DNA of 64,000 bases from Sumerlaeia bacterium (GCA_040219255.1 JAVJSW010000056.1:62999-126998); one strand, 5' to 3'; positions 53,550 to 63,175 are shown, counted from the first letter of the stretch. Notes: a model not told the origin generated them from the sequence alone. Translations and numbers: made by a program.

Positions 53550-54221
53550 ATGCGAATCCGTTCCGCCTGCGCCGCCGCCGCCCTTCTGGCGGCCCTCAGC
53601 CTGCCGCTCCCGGCCGAAAACTGCCTCGACGACCTCGGGCCCTACCTGGGCACGTTCGACGGGGTGCTCGACCTCAGCGGCGAAGTCGAAGTGGACCTGG
53701 GCCCCTTCACCCGCGACGTCGATTTCGAAGGCCAGCCCGACTTCACCGTCACCTTCATCGACTGGGTCGCCATCCCCGGCTCCAGCCGCTACCTGGGCAT
53801 CGGTCTCATGAGCTTCGAAGGCGAAGTCGACGTCGACGAGGTCGGCGATGTCGACTTCAACGAAGTCTTCGATTTCGACACCGAAGACGACGTCCTCCTC
53901 GACATCGCCACCGGGCGGGTGTTCACCGGCGAGGCTCTGGACATCAACGACATCGGCGACATCACCTTCTCCGCCGGTTTCAACGGCGACAATCTGGACG
54001 GGGAAGTGAAAATCCGCGGCGACGTGTTCGACGTCGGTGAAGGCAAAGCCGAAGCCGACCTGGATCTGACCCGCGTCGGCGACGTGGAGCTGACCGCCGA
54101 GGGCCTGCTCAACGACATCATCTGCGAAGCCGCCGACCTCGCCCGCAACGATGCCAACAACGACTCCATCGTCGATGCGGCGGATTATGTGGAAAGTCTG
54201 ATCCGCGGGGATCTGGATTGA
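53550..54221 (+). CDS. Secreted acidic protein with C-terminal dockerin/EF-hand-like motif
   Basis: Signal peptide MRIRSACAAAALLAALSLPLPA, Asp/Glu-rich beta-type body, ends DANNDSIVDAADYV; GAGGA SD. Confidence 0.75.
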   Translation: MRIRSACAAAALLAALSLPLPAENCLDDLGPYLGTFDGVLDLSGEVEVDLGPFTRDVDFEGQPDFTVTFIDWVAIPGSSRYLGIGLMSFEGEVDVDEVGDVDFNEVFDFDTEDDVLLDIATGRVFTGEALDINDIGDITFSAGFNGDNLDGEVKIRGDVFDVGEGKAEADLDLTRVGDVELTAEGLLNDIICEAADLARNDANNDSIVDAADYVESLIRGDLD

Positions 54222-54252
54222 GCCGGGAGTACGCAATCTTCCCCCCCAAGCC

Positions 54253-54705
54253 CTAATCCTTGAGCAGCGTCTCGATCTCCGCGTTGAAGTCGTGCAGGTC
54301 GCGGAACTGTTTATAGACCGACGCGTAACGCACGTAGGCCACCGCGTCCAGGTTCTTCAGGTGGGCAAGCACCGCCTTGCCCACCGCTTCGCTGGGGATT
54401 TCGCGGTCCGTGGTGGCCAGGAGATCGCGCTCCACGCCGCGCATGACCTGATCGATTTCCTCGGCGCTGACGGGCCGCTTCTCGCAGGCTTTTTCGATGC
54501 CGCGCCGCACCTTGCCCCGCTCATAGGGTTCGCGCGTGCCATCGCGTTTCACGATCGCCATCTCCAGCCGCTCCACGTACTCCGCCGTGGTGAACCGCTG
54601 CTTGCACGCCACGCACTCGCGGCGGCGGCGGATGCTCTCGCCCGTGGGCGAGGGCCGCGAATTGATCACGCGGGTGTCTGGAGAACCGCAAAAGGGACAA
54701 CGCAT
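54253..54705 (-). CDS. nrdR: Transcriptional repressor NrdR
   Basis: MRCPFC..DTRVINSR..IRRRRECVAC..RFTT, ATP-cone and VAYVRYASVY. Confidence 0.97.
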   Translation of the reverse strand: MRCPFCGSPDTRVINSRPSPTGESIRRRRECVACKQRFTTAEYVERLEMAIVKRDGTREPYERGKVRRGIEKACEKRPVSAEEIDQVMRGVERDLLATTDREIPSEAVGKAVLAHLKNLDAVAYVRYASVYKQFRDLHDFNAEIETLLKD

Positions 54706-54778
54706 GCCCCCTTCTTTCCGGGGCCGGGGCGCGGGCGTCGAGGGGGAAATGGGATGGGCCGCGAGAGCCACGGAGCCC

Positions 54779-55012
54779 TTATCCCGACTTGATGCTGATC
54801 CCGGCCAGAAGTCCCGCGAAGACAATCCCCCATCCCACGACCACCGCGCCGATAATGATAGCCGCTGGCAAGGAGTTCGGATCGCTCAGGCTCTGCTCGC
54901 GCCGCAGCCGCCCGATCAGCATCCGGGCGGAATACACGAACAGTTCGTAGATGATCGCCAGGATGATGAGGACGACCAGAATCGCCCCGGCGATCACGAA
55001 TATGACTTCCAT
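54779..55012 (-). CDS. Small 2-TM protein (paralog of 55090-55329)
   Basis: YSARMLIGRLRREQSLSDPNSLPAAIIIGAVVVG aligns with its neighbour. Confidence 0.7.
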   Translation of the reverse strand: MEVIFVIAGAILVVLIILAIIYELFVYSARMLIGRLRREQSLSDPNSLPAAIIIGAVVVGWGIVFAGLLAGISIKSG

Positions 55013-55089
55013 GGTGAGTAGACCTTAACACGAGGGGGATGGGAGCCGGCGAAATGCCGCCGCTCCGCAGCTTGCTGCCAAAGCTTCGC

Positions 55090-55329
55090 TTACAGCGTCG
55101 AAACCAGGTAAACACCACCCGCGACCGTGAAGCCCGTCAGGAAAATGGCCGCTCCCACGATGGCAGCGCCGATGACGATGGCCGCCGGAATGGAATCGCG
55201 ATCCGCCAGACTCGGCTCGCGCCGCAGCGTGAGCACGATCATCCGAGAAGACATCACCATGATCTGGCAGACGCCGACGATTATGACGACCGCCGCGAAG
55301 GCGATCAGAAGAATGTAGAGGGCAGCCAT
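55090..55329 (-). CDS. Small 2-TM protein (paralog of 54779-55012)
   Basis: MSSRMIVLTLRREPSLADRDSIPAAIVIGAAIVG. Confidence 0.7.
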   Translation of the reverse strand: MAALYILLIAFAAVVIIVGVCQIMVMSSRMIVLTLRREPSLADRDSIPAAIVIGAAIVGAAIFLTGFTVAGGVYLVSTL

Positions 55330-55344
55330 GGGAAGGGGGGCCTT

Positions 55345-55581
55345 TCAGAAGAGGTGGACGAGGAGTACGATCAAGGCCGTCAGCAGTAGCACCGTCCAGC
55401 CCACCGCCAACACCACCGAAATTCTGTAACGCTGTTCGGCCTCCAGCGACGCGAACCAATCCTGCCGGCTGGCACGATCCAGCAGCCGCAGCAGACCAAA
55501 CGCGTACAAATACGATAGCAAATGTAGCCCAAGGGCCGTCAAGAGAAGGAAGGCCAGCGACTCGATCAAAAGCGAAAGCAT
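55345..55581 (-). CDS. Small 2-TM protein
   Basis: Two hydrophobic helices separated by a charged loop; co-oriented in the run. Confidence 0.55.
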   Translation of the reverse strand: MLSLLIESLAFLLLTALGLHLLSYLYAFGLLRLLDRASRQDWFASLEAEQRYRISVVLAVGWTVLLLTALIVLLVHLF

Positions 55582-55659
55582 CGGGTTATACACGTCGTGT
55601 GTCTCGTTTGGGTGGTGTGGGTTTCTTGGCGAGGGGGGAGCCTCGGGTTTGTAGGCGCC

Positions 55660-55989
55660 TCAACCCAACCACTCCTCCATCGCCGCCCGCAACTCGCCTT
55701 TGGTGGCTATGCCTCGGAGCCGACCGGCTTCAACGCCGCCTCGAAAAAGAATCAGCGTCGGCAGCGCCATGACGCCCAGATCTTCCGCTGTGGCGCGGTT
55801 CTCCTCGATGTCGGCCATCAGGACGCGCACCTGTCGGGCGTATTCCCCGGCCAGTTCCGTCACCAGTGGCTTGAGCCGAAAACAGGACGGACAAGCCAGC
55901 CCCCAGAAATCCACCAGGACCGGCTTGTCCGACTGAAAGACTTCGGCGGCGAAGGTTTCGTCCGTCACCGCTGCGAGTTCGCCCGCCAT
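55660..55989 (-). CDS. Thioredoxin-like protein (CPSC active site)
   Basis: PVLVDFWGLACPSC and MALPTL; ATG overlaps the trxA stop (TAATG). Confidence 0.85.
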   Translation of the reverse strand: MAGELAAVTDETFAAEVFQSDKPVLVDFWGLACPSCFRLKPLVTELAGEYARQVRVLMADIEENRATAEDLGVMALPTLILFRGGVEAGRLRGIATKGELRAAMEEWLG

Positions 55990-56315
55990 TACGCCAGCGA
56001 GTCGATCTTCTGTTGGATCACGCTCTTGGGCACGGCGCCCATGATGCGGTCCACTTCTTCGCCGCCCTTGAAGAAAATCAGGGTCGGGATGCTGCTGACG
56101 CCAAAGCTCTGGGCCACGTCCTGCGCTTCGTCCACGTCCAGCTTGGCGACCTTCACCTTGCCGGCGTTGTCCTTGGCGAGTTCCTCGATGATGGGCGCGA
56201 TGCGCAGGCACGGGCCGCACCAGGTGGCCCAGAAATCGACCAGCACGGGAACGTCCGATTGCAGCACTTCCTGCTCGAACGTGGTGTCTTGGAGGTTCAG
56301 TACGCCTTCTGCCAT
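55989..56315 (-). CDS. trxA: Thioredoxin
   Basis: VLVDFWATWCGPC and SIPTL. Confidence 0.96.
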   Translation of the reverse strand: MAEGVLNLQDTTFEQEVLQSDVPVLVDFWATWCGPCLRIAPIIEELAKDNAGKVKVAKLDVDEAQDVAQSFGVSSIPTLIFFKGGEEVDRIMGAVPKSVIQQKIDSLA

Positions 56316-56419
56316 GATTTGTTCGTCCTTCCGGTTCTAAGGGATTTGTCCTTGGGGTTTCGATCGCGATGGGCACAAATCGGGGCAACTGGCGAAGCCG
56401 GACCCGCGCCTGAACACCG

Positions 56420-57175
56420 TCACGACCTCAGTGTCTGCACAGCCTGTGCCAAGTCGAGGCGTCCATCGTAGAGCGCCCGCCCCGTGATCACACCGGCCAG
56501 GTTCGGTTCCTCCAGCGCCGCCAGCGCCAGGATATCGTCGAGCGAGGAAACTCCGCCAGAGGCAACGACCTGCACGCCGGGCACGGCCCGCGCCATAGCC
56601 TGCATCGCCGGGTAATTGGGCCCCGTCAGCATGCCATCCGTCGCCACATCGGTGAAGATAATCCTCTGGCAACCATCCGCCGCCAGCGAGCGGGCGAAAT
56701 CCAGCGCGTCTTCCTGGGTCGTTTCGACCCACCCGTGCGTCGCCACTTTTCCGTCCTTGGCGTCGATGCCGACGATCACGCGCGCGCCGTGGTCGCGCAG
56801 GAGCCCCTGCACAAACTCCCTGTCCTCAGCCGCCCGTGTTCCCAGAATCACATCGTGGACGCCGTTGCTCCAGACGTCCTCGGCGTCGGCGCGGGTGCGG
56901 ATGCCGCCGCCCAGCTCGATGCGCAAATCCGTCTCGGAGGCGATTTCGCTGACCGCTTTCAGGTTCTTCATCCGCCCGTCGAAGGCCCCGTTCAGATCCA
57001 CCACGTGGAGGCGCCGGGCGCCCGCTTCCTGGAACCGCAGGGCGAAGCCCACCGGGTCCTTCGAATACACCGTCTTCTGATCGCGCTCGCCGCGTTTGAG
57101 GCGCACCACCTCGCCGTCGTACAGGTCGATGGCCGGGATGATTTCGAAATTCGGATTCGCGTAAAAGTCCGCCAT
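56420..57175 (-). CDS. hisA: ProFAR isomerase
   Basis: IIPAIDL, LHVVDLNGA, GGGIR, TDVATDGML.GPN and ASGGV. Confidence 0.96.
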   Translation of the reverse strand: MADFYANPNFEIIPAIDLYDGEVVRLKRGERDQKTVYSKDPVGFALRFQEAGARRLHVVDLNGAFDGRMKNLKAVSEIASETDLRIELGGGIRTRADAEDVWSNGVHDVILGTRAAEDREFVQGLLRDHGARVIVGIDAKDGKVATHGWVETTQEDALDFARSLAADGCQRIIFTDVATDGMLTGPNYPAMQAMARAVPGVQVVASGGVSSLDDILALAALEEPNLAGVITGRALYDGRLDLAQAVQTLRS

Positions 57176-57181
57176 AGTGCC

Positions 57182-57958
57182 TTACATCCCCATCATGTGG
57201 TAGCCGCCGTCCACATAGAGCGTCTCGCCGGTGATGCCACCAGCCAGAGGGCTCAAGAGGAACAGCGCCGCGTTGGCCACTTCTTCCAGCGAGGCGTTGC
57301 GCCGCAGCGCCGTGCGCTCGCCGATTTTGTCGTACATGTCGGCGAATCCGCTGATACCGCGGGCCGCCAGGGTTTTCACGGGCCCGGCGCTGACGCAGTT
57401 CACGCGGATGTTTTTCGGGCCGAGATCGTAGGCCAGATAGCGCGCCGAACTCTCCAGCGACGCCTTGCAGATGCCCATCACGTTGTAGTTCGGCACGACG
57501 CGTTCGCCGCCGATGTAGGTCATCGTGATGACCGAACCGCCGCCGGCCGCTTCCAGCAAAGGCAGCGCCGCGCGGGTCAGGCTCAGCAGCGTGAACGCGC
57601 TGATTTCCTGCGCCATCTTGAAGCCCTCCGCCGAGGTGTCCACCACGCCGCCGGCCAGATCCTCCTTCTTCGCGTAGGCGATGGAGTGCACCAGCATGTC
57701 GAGCTTGCCATCCACCAAGCCGGAGATTTCGCCAAAGGCGCGCTCCAGGTCCTCGGCGACGGTGGCGTCCATCTGCACGCAAGGCAGGGGCGGATCGATG
57801 CTTTCCGCCAGCGATTTGACCCGCCGCTCCAGGCGCTCGTTCTGATAGGTCAGCACCACCTTGGCGCCCTCGCGCAAGAGCGCCTCGGTAATCGCCCAGG
57901 CGATGGACTTGTCGTTTGCAACGCCCGTAACGAGAGCGGTCTTGCCCTTCAGCAGCAT
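57182..57958 (-). CDS. fabI: Enoyl-ACP reductase
   Basis: GVANDKSIAW, HSIAYA, YNVMGICKASLE, SAGPVKTLAA and YVDGG. Confidence 0.96.
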   Translation of the reverse strand: MLLKGKTALVTGVANDKSIAWAITEALLREGAKVVLTYQNERLERRVKSLAESIDPPLPCVQMDATVAEDLERAFGEISGLVDGKLDMLVHSIAYAKKEDLAGGVVDTSAEGFKMAQEISAFTLLSLTRAALPLLEAAGGGSVITMTYIGGERVVPNYNVMGICKASLESSARYLAYDLGPKNIRVNCVSAGPVKTLAARGISGFADMYDKIGERTALRRNASLEEVANAALFLLSPLAGGITGETLYVDGGYHMMGM

Positions 57959-58142
57959 GGCGGAAAGTCTCCAGAAAAAAGTGGTCCTGCGGGGACGGAA
58001 CGAAACGCCGTCCACGCCTGCGGCCTTCACCCTGCCAAGAGCGACGCGGGCGGGGGCAAGGGAAGAGGGGGCGGGGACCGCCGCTTCGTCATTGATAGCC
58101 TACCGGGCATGGCATAAAGGACGAATAGGAGAAACCGACCCC

Positions 58143-58604
58143 ATGCCAAAGAAGCGGAAAGACAAACCCCTTGACCCTGCGTCGCAAAAAAGAGACACTC
58201 CAGATGAGCCAGAGTTGACTCAACTCTTGATTTATCAAGAGAAGCCGCAGCAAGTCCCGCTGCTGGATTTTCTCGATGCTTTGAAACTCTCGGATCGAAT
58301 GGCGGTTCTCGCCCTGATGGAAGAATTGGCCAGGCTAGGGCATCGCTTGCGGCCTCCCCACAACGAGCATCTGGGGGACCAACTGTTTTATCTCCGGGTC
58401 AAGGGTGAGGATGGCGCATACCGCGTTTTCTATTTTCCGCATGGAAAGGGAATCTGTGTTTTGTGCCATGGATTCTCGAAGAAGACCAGGAAATGTCCGC
58501 CGCAAGAAATCGAGCGGGCGCGGAAAATGCGCGCCAAGTTTGAATCAGAGCCCCATTCCCACACCTATGAGGAAGAGACCGATGGCACCCAAGAAAACCC
58601 CTGA
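58143..58604 (+). CDS. RelE/HigB-like toxin (Gp49 type)
   Basis: LRPPHNEHLGDQLFYLRV..YRVFYF..LCHGFSKKTRKCPPQEIERA; overlaps the downstream HTH gene. Confidence 0.85.
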   Translation: MPKKRKDKPLDPASQKRDTPDEPELTQLLIYQEKPQQVPLLDFLDALKLSDRMAVLALMEELARLGHRLRPPHNEHLGDQLFYLRVKGEDGAYRVFYFPHGKGICVLCHGFSKKTRKCPPQEIERARKMRAKFESEPHSHTYEEETDGTQENP

Positions 58605-58920
58605 CGCCCTCGCGATTCTCCATGCCCGTTACGTTCGCGGAAATGCGGAGGCGGAAATGGAATTGGAGAACGCCCGCGAAAGGCTGCGCCTTTCCAACCG
58701 GCTGCTCGAACTCCGCCAACGCGAGGGCTTGACGCAGAAGGAATTGGCACAGAGGGCTGGCACAACCCGCAGTGTCATTGCCCGGCTGGAGCAACCCGGT
58801 TACGAGAAGCATACGGTTTCCAGCCTGCATCGCGTGGCTCGGGCTCTGGGTTATGAAGTCAAGATCGAGTTCGCGCCGCTGCCTGCCTCGAAGCGCAAGC
58901 CCGCCCCGGCGCGCCAGTAG
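58582..58920 (+). CDS. XRE-family HTH antitoxin (HigA-like)
   Basis: LRQREGLTQKELAQRAGTTRSVIARLE..SLHRVARALG. Confidence 0.88.
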   Translation: MAPKKTPDALAILHARYVRGNAEAEMELENARERLRLSNRLLELRQREGLTQKELAQRAGTTRSVIARLEQPGYEKHTVSSLHRVARALGYEVKIEFAPLPASKRKPAPARQ

Positions 58921-58960
58921 CCCTCGCCCCCGGCCGTTTCCGGTCCGGCCCGGGCCCCCA

Positions 58961-59845
58961 TCACAAAGGTCCCCGAAGCCCCGCCGCTTTGCGCTCCGCC
59001 GAGGGAGAGCGCCCTGTGGCTCGCTTGTAGGCGGTCGAGAAGGCGAAGGGGTCGGCGTATCCGACCAATTCGGCGATCTGAAATATGGGCAGCGGCGTGT
59101 GGCGCAAGAGCGTTTCGGCGCGCTTCATTCTAAGGGTTGTCACTACCCGCATCGGCGTCGATCCGCAAAGATCGCGCACCAGGCGGTTGAGGTGCCCGGG
59201 GGCAACGTGGAGCCGCTGAGCCAACCGGGGAACCGTCCACGGATGGGCCAAATCCCGCTCCACGTCGTGCCAGAGGCCGCGCAGGTGCTCCTCATAAGGG
59301 TTCGCTGGGGGCACCAGATGGTTTTCCAGCAGACGATCCAGGTAGAGCAATAGCGACTCCGAATGGAGCTGTGTTAGCCGCCGCGACCCCACTGCGTGGG
59401 AATGCCCCTCACGAATAATCGATTTCATTGCAAACAGGATTTCCGATTCGTTTTTTATGGAGCCTATTCGGATTGGTGATTTCTTGATGACTTGCCATCG
59501 TTTTCGATCCAATAAATGCAACCAGGCAACGTCCCAGAATTTTCCATCGAGGTGATAGCGATAAATATGTCCGGCGGGGAGGAGCGTGAAACCTCCCGGT
59601 TGCAGGCAGTGTTCTCCGGTCTCCGTCCATAGCTTCGCCCGGCCGCCGGTTGTCAGAAGCAAGACGTGGAAGCGAGGATCGAGGCGCCCAATCTCGTACC
59701 TTGTGCGAAGAGTGCTGATTCCCGCCAGCGACACAGATGTCTCCCTCAGGATGGCACAGCCCGGATGGGCCAAGGGCAGGAAGACCTCGGAGCAGTCGAC
59801 GGACACAATGTGAGTTTCGCAAAGGTTTTTGTGGGTGCCAGCCAT
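58961..59845 (-). CDS. AraC-family transcriptional regulator
   Basis: Cupin-like N-terminal domain; WTVPRLA..RMKRAETLL..IAELVGYADPFAFSTAYKRATGRSP. Confidence 0.92.
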   Translation of the reverse strand: MAGTHKNLCETHIVSVDCSEVFLPLAHPGCAILRETSVSLAGISTLRTRYEIGRLDPRFHVLLLTTGGRAKLWTETGEHCLQPGGFTLLPAGHIYRYHLDGKFWDVAWLHLLDRKRWQVIKKSPIRIGSIKNESEILFAMKSIIREGHSHAVGSRRLTQLHSESLLLYLDRLLENHLVPPANPYEEHLRGLWHDVERDLAHPWTVPRLAQRLHVAPGHLNRLVRDLCGSTPMRVVTTLRMKRAETLLRHTPLPIFQIAELVGYADPFAFSTAYKRATGRSPSAERKAAGLRGPL

Positions 59846-59908
59846 TCCGCTTCCCTAGATGCCAGTGCTAAAGGATCGCCTAGCAAATTTTCAACGAGGT
59901 CAATTCCT

Positions 59909-60592
59909 ATGCAATCCCTGTTTCAATCAGCGGCCGAAATCATTCAAGGCGAAGGTGCAGACGCGCCCATTGGACACCTGCTGCTCCTCATCTTCGGTGC
60001 GTTCGCTGTGACGGGCGCCGGACTCGCTTGGCGGAAAGACCGGAGGCAGATCGTCAGTTCCGCTCTTAAGCTGCCACTGCTTCCTTTAATCACCACGGTC
60101 GTCTGCCTGCCCGGCCTGCTGATGATGGGGGCTGTCATCGGCTTTGAATTGCCTCCACGGGAGGTCCTTTCATCCATTCTGGCGATCCAGGCTTTTCATG
60201 GAGTGTTTGTGTTGTCGTTCGTGCCGGTGATCCTCTTTTTTGGAGTCGGTTCGAGCTATGATTTTATGAAGCTGCTCAACTTCATTGTCTTCTTTGCTGG
60301 CGGATTGATTTCCCTGGGCAGGTATGCCGTGTACCTTCATGAAATTGCCGCGGCCTCGGGATTGTTCCTTTTCGCCTGTTGGGCTTTCCTGTATTGTTTT
60401 GTCGGTTGCCAGACCGCATGGATGATACGACCTCTCATCGGATCGCCGGGCGAACACTTTGTCTGGCGGCGGCGGCACGGCGACATGAATTTCTACGGCG
60501 CCCTCGCCCATTCCCTGCGGCAAGTCGCCAAAGAAGGACGCGAACCATCCGAACCGGCGGACAAGGCGAACGGACTACCGGCCCCTCAATAA
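59909..60592 (+). CDS. Hypothetical polytopic membrane protein, divergent from AraC
   Basis: About 5 TM; KLPLL..T..CLP and GCQTAWMIRPLIGSP look like conserved motifs; GAGG SD. Confidence 0.7.
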   Translation: MQSLFQSAAEIIQGEGADAPIGHLLLLIFGAFAVTGAGLAWRKDRRQIVSSALKLPLLPLITTVVCLPGLLMMGAVIGFELPPREVLSSILAIQAFHGVFVLSFVPVILFFGVGSSYDFMKLLNFIVFFAGGLISLGRYAVYLHEIAAASGLFLFACWAFLYCFVGCQTAWMIRPLIGSPGEHFVWRRRHGDMNFYGALAHSLRQVAKEGREPSEPADKANGLPAPQ

Positions 60593-60622
60593 TCTGCGCC
60601 GACCCGGGGCCAACGTTGCAGC

Positions 60623-61072
60623 CTACGAAACCGGGTTGGCCCCCAGCCGCCTCAGCAGCACCTGATCCAGAGCGAAGCGCCCCGGGCCGGTCAGGAACAG
60701 CGCCACCAGGCCGATCAGCATGACCAGCGGGTAGCCGAAGAATTCGGGCGGGTCGGCGGTTACCTTGGTCATGATCGCCACGACCATGGTGAACGCGATG
60801 AAGGGCGTGACGAGCCGCGTTCCCAAACCGAGGATCAGGAGGAGGCCGCCGACGAATTCGGACAAAGCGGCGCACAAGCCCCAAAAGGTGGGCCAGAAGG
60901 TGATCCCGAAAACGCTCAGGGCCCCTCCGACGCCCGCCCAGGTTTCCGGTCCACCGAGCATTTTTGGCGTACCGTGATAGAGGAACAACCCCCCGATGCC
61001 CAGGCGCAGCAGCAGCAGGCCCGAGTCCACCGAGCAGCGCGTCGGCGTAAGGAATGAAAGCGATCGAATCAT
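60623..61072 (-). CDS. DoxX family membrane protein
   Basis: GLLLLRLGIG..HGTPK, EFVGGLLLILGLGTR and GPGRFALD. Confidence 0.9.
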   Translation of the reverse strand: MIRSLSFLTPTRCSVDSGLLLLRLGIGGLFLYHGTPKMLGGPETWAGVGGALSVFGITFWPTFWGLCAALSEFVGGLLLILGLGTRLVTPFIAFTMVVAIMTKVTADPPEFFGYPLVMLIGLVALFLTGPGRFALDQVLLRRLGANPVS

Positions 61073-61397
61073 CGTGAATCTCCAGTTTGTGGGACAAGGA
61101 ACCAGCGGTTCCATCGCCGCCAGTAAACGATTTCCGTTCCAGACCCCTTCCTCCCGGGTCCCGGCGAGGGGCGGCGGGCGCAGGCGTTGGGGTTCGGCCA
61201 GCGAACCGAGGCTCATTGTTGGACAATCCGTGTGCGGTCGTTCTGGGGGTGGTGTTCATGGCGGGGTGCTCTTTCCGGTCGACTGTGGGGACAAGGTAGC
61301 CCAAGGCGGCCGGGCCGGCGCGTGACAAAGTGCGGTGAAACCCGTGGGTTTTAACGGTGTGGGCCGGAGGAGGGCTTGAGCCTATTCCCCCAAGTCT

Positions 61398-61426
61398 TCA
61401 CCACAGAGGCACCGAAGGCACAAAGA
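61398..61426. repeat. Family B repeat arm (solo)
   Basis: tcaccacagaggcaccgaaggcacaaaga. Confidence 0.6.
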
Positions 61427-61776
61427 TGTCTGTTGTTGTGGGAGTTAGGCCGGTACGTCTTGAGGAGCGAACCTCGGCGCGCGTGAATGCCGGAAGCCAC
61501 AACCCCTTGGACCGCGCAAGAGTCGAAGGACGCCCGGAAGACTCGATAGCCGGGAAGTCTGTCGAGTCCGAGAAAAAAAGAAGATTGGGCAACAGGAGGC
61601 TGGAAAAGATTCGCAGCGTTGATCCGACTCGATTTCGCCAAGACTCTCTCGCCAGAGATTCGACGACCTCCCTGAAAACTCCGCCCGTGTAAGGCCGCCA
61701 CCACCCCGCCCTTGACCCCGCCACCGACGCGAACCCACCGTCGGGGAGCCCCTTTGGAAAGTTCTCGGCCCGCCTC

Positions 61777-62919
61777 ATGTCCCTCCCGTTCAAGCGCGTT
61801 CTCGTCACCGGCGGCGCCGGATTCATCGGCAGCCACATGGTGGATGTGCTGCTCGAAGCCGGCTACGAGGTCCGCGTCTTCGACAGCCTGGACCCGCAGG
61901 TCCACGGCGAAGGCGCCGGCTGGCCGGAATATCTCTCGCCCGGGGCGGAGCGCCTCCGCGGCGACATCCGCGACCGCGAGGCGCTGCGCCGCGCCCTCGA
62001 CGGCGTCCAGGCCATCGTGCATGACGCCGCCGCTGTCGGCGTCGGACAAAGCCAGTACGAAATCCATCGCTATACCGACGTGAACACCGGCGGCACGGCG
62101 CTGCTGCTCGACATCCTGGCGAACGAAAAAACGGCGGTGGAGCGCCTCCTGGTGGCGTCGTCGATGAGCATTTACGGCGAAGGGCTCTATCGCCGGCCCA
62201 GCGACGGCGCGCTCCTGACCCCCGCCATGCGGCCCGACGCCCAGATGGAGGCGGGCAACTTCGAAATGCACGACCCGGCCACCGGCGAGGAACTGGCGCC
62301 GATGCCCACGCCCGAGTCGAAGCCCCTGCACTGCACCAGCATCTACGCCCTGTCGAAAAAGGACCAGGAGGAATACTGCCTCGTCGCGGGGCGGGCCCAC
62401 GGGATTCCCGTGGTGGCGGGGCGATTCTTCAACGTCTACGGCCCGCGCCAGGCCCTCTCGAACCCCTACACCGGCGTCGCGGCGATTTTTTCCTCGCGCA
62501 TCAAAAACGGCCACGCGCCGATGATCTACGAGGACGGCGGCCAGAGCCGCGACTTCATCCACGTCCGCGACCTGGTCGAGGCCAAGCGCTTCCTTCTGGA
62601 AAACGAAGACGCCACCGGCCGCGTTTTCAACATCTGCACCGGCCAACCCACCAGCGTCCTCGACATGGCCCGGGTTCTCGCGCGCACGCTGGGCCGCCCG
62701 GAAATCGAACCCCAGGTCCTGCGCAGCTACCGCAGCGGCGACATCCGCCACTGCTTCGGCGACGGCTCGGCGCTGGCGGCGCTGGGCTGGCGCCCGCGCA
62801 TCGCCCTCGAAGACGGCATCGCCGACCTCGTCGCCTGGGCCGCCGAGCAGCAAGCCCAAGACCACGTCGACACCGCCCACGCCGAACTCGTGCGGCGGGG
62901 GTTGGTGCGGGAGCGGTAA
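61777..62919 (+). CDS. NAD-dependent nucleotide-sugar epimerase/dehydratase
   Basis: VTGGAGFIGSH, ASSMSIYGEG, YALSK, FNVYGPRQ and RDFIHV. Confidence 0.94.
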   Translation: MSLPFKRVLVTGGAGFIGSHMVDVLLEAGYEVRVFDSLDPQVHGEGAGWPEYLSPGAERLRGDIRDREALRRALDGVQAIVHDAAAVGVGQSQYEIHRYTDVNTGGTALLLDILANEKTAVERLLVASSMSIYGEGLYRRPSDGALLTPAMRPDAQMEAGNFEMHDPATGEELAPMPTPESKPLHCTSIYALSKKDQEEYCLVAGRAHGIPVVAGRFFNVYGPRQALSNPYTGVAAIFSSRIKNGHAPMIYEDGGQSRDFIHVRDLVEAKRFLLENEDATGRVFNICTGQPTSVLDMARVLARTLGRPEIEPQVLRSYRSGDIRHCFGDGSALAALGWRPRIALEDGIADLVAWAAEQQAQDHVDTAHAELVRRGLVRER

Positions 62920-62922
62920 ACG

Positions 62923-62974
62923 GGAGCGCGAGCGTCCCGCTCGCAGGGCATGCGGGCGAGGACGCCCGCGCTCC
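62923..62974. repeat. REP doublet (GGAG-tagged)
   Basis: GGAGcgcgagcgtcccgctcgc plus inverted tgcgggcgaggacgcccgcgCTCC. Confidence 0.85.
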
Positions 62975-63175
62975 TTTCAAGCTCGCACTCCCTTCAAACA
63001 CTTGCTCCAGTTCCGCCGGAGGGGTTTTGGTGGCCTTCTCGGTGGTCTGCATTCACTGCGGCCGCGCCACTGCCAGAAAGGTTCTTTGCCCATGCCCACG
63101 CTCGATTTCAAAGGGAAGCAGTTCGGTTACGCCCACCACCTGAGGGTGCCGTTCCGCGTGCAGGGGGACTGACCG

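Noticed and set aside
51504-54221. 905 aa ORF
   Set aside because: The N-terminal part is an Arg/Pro-rich off-frame overlap of the O-antigen ligase gene; only 53550-54221 looks like a real protein.
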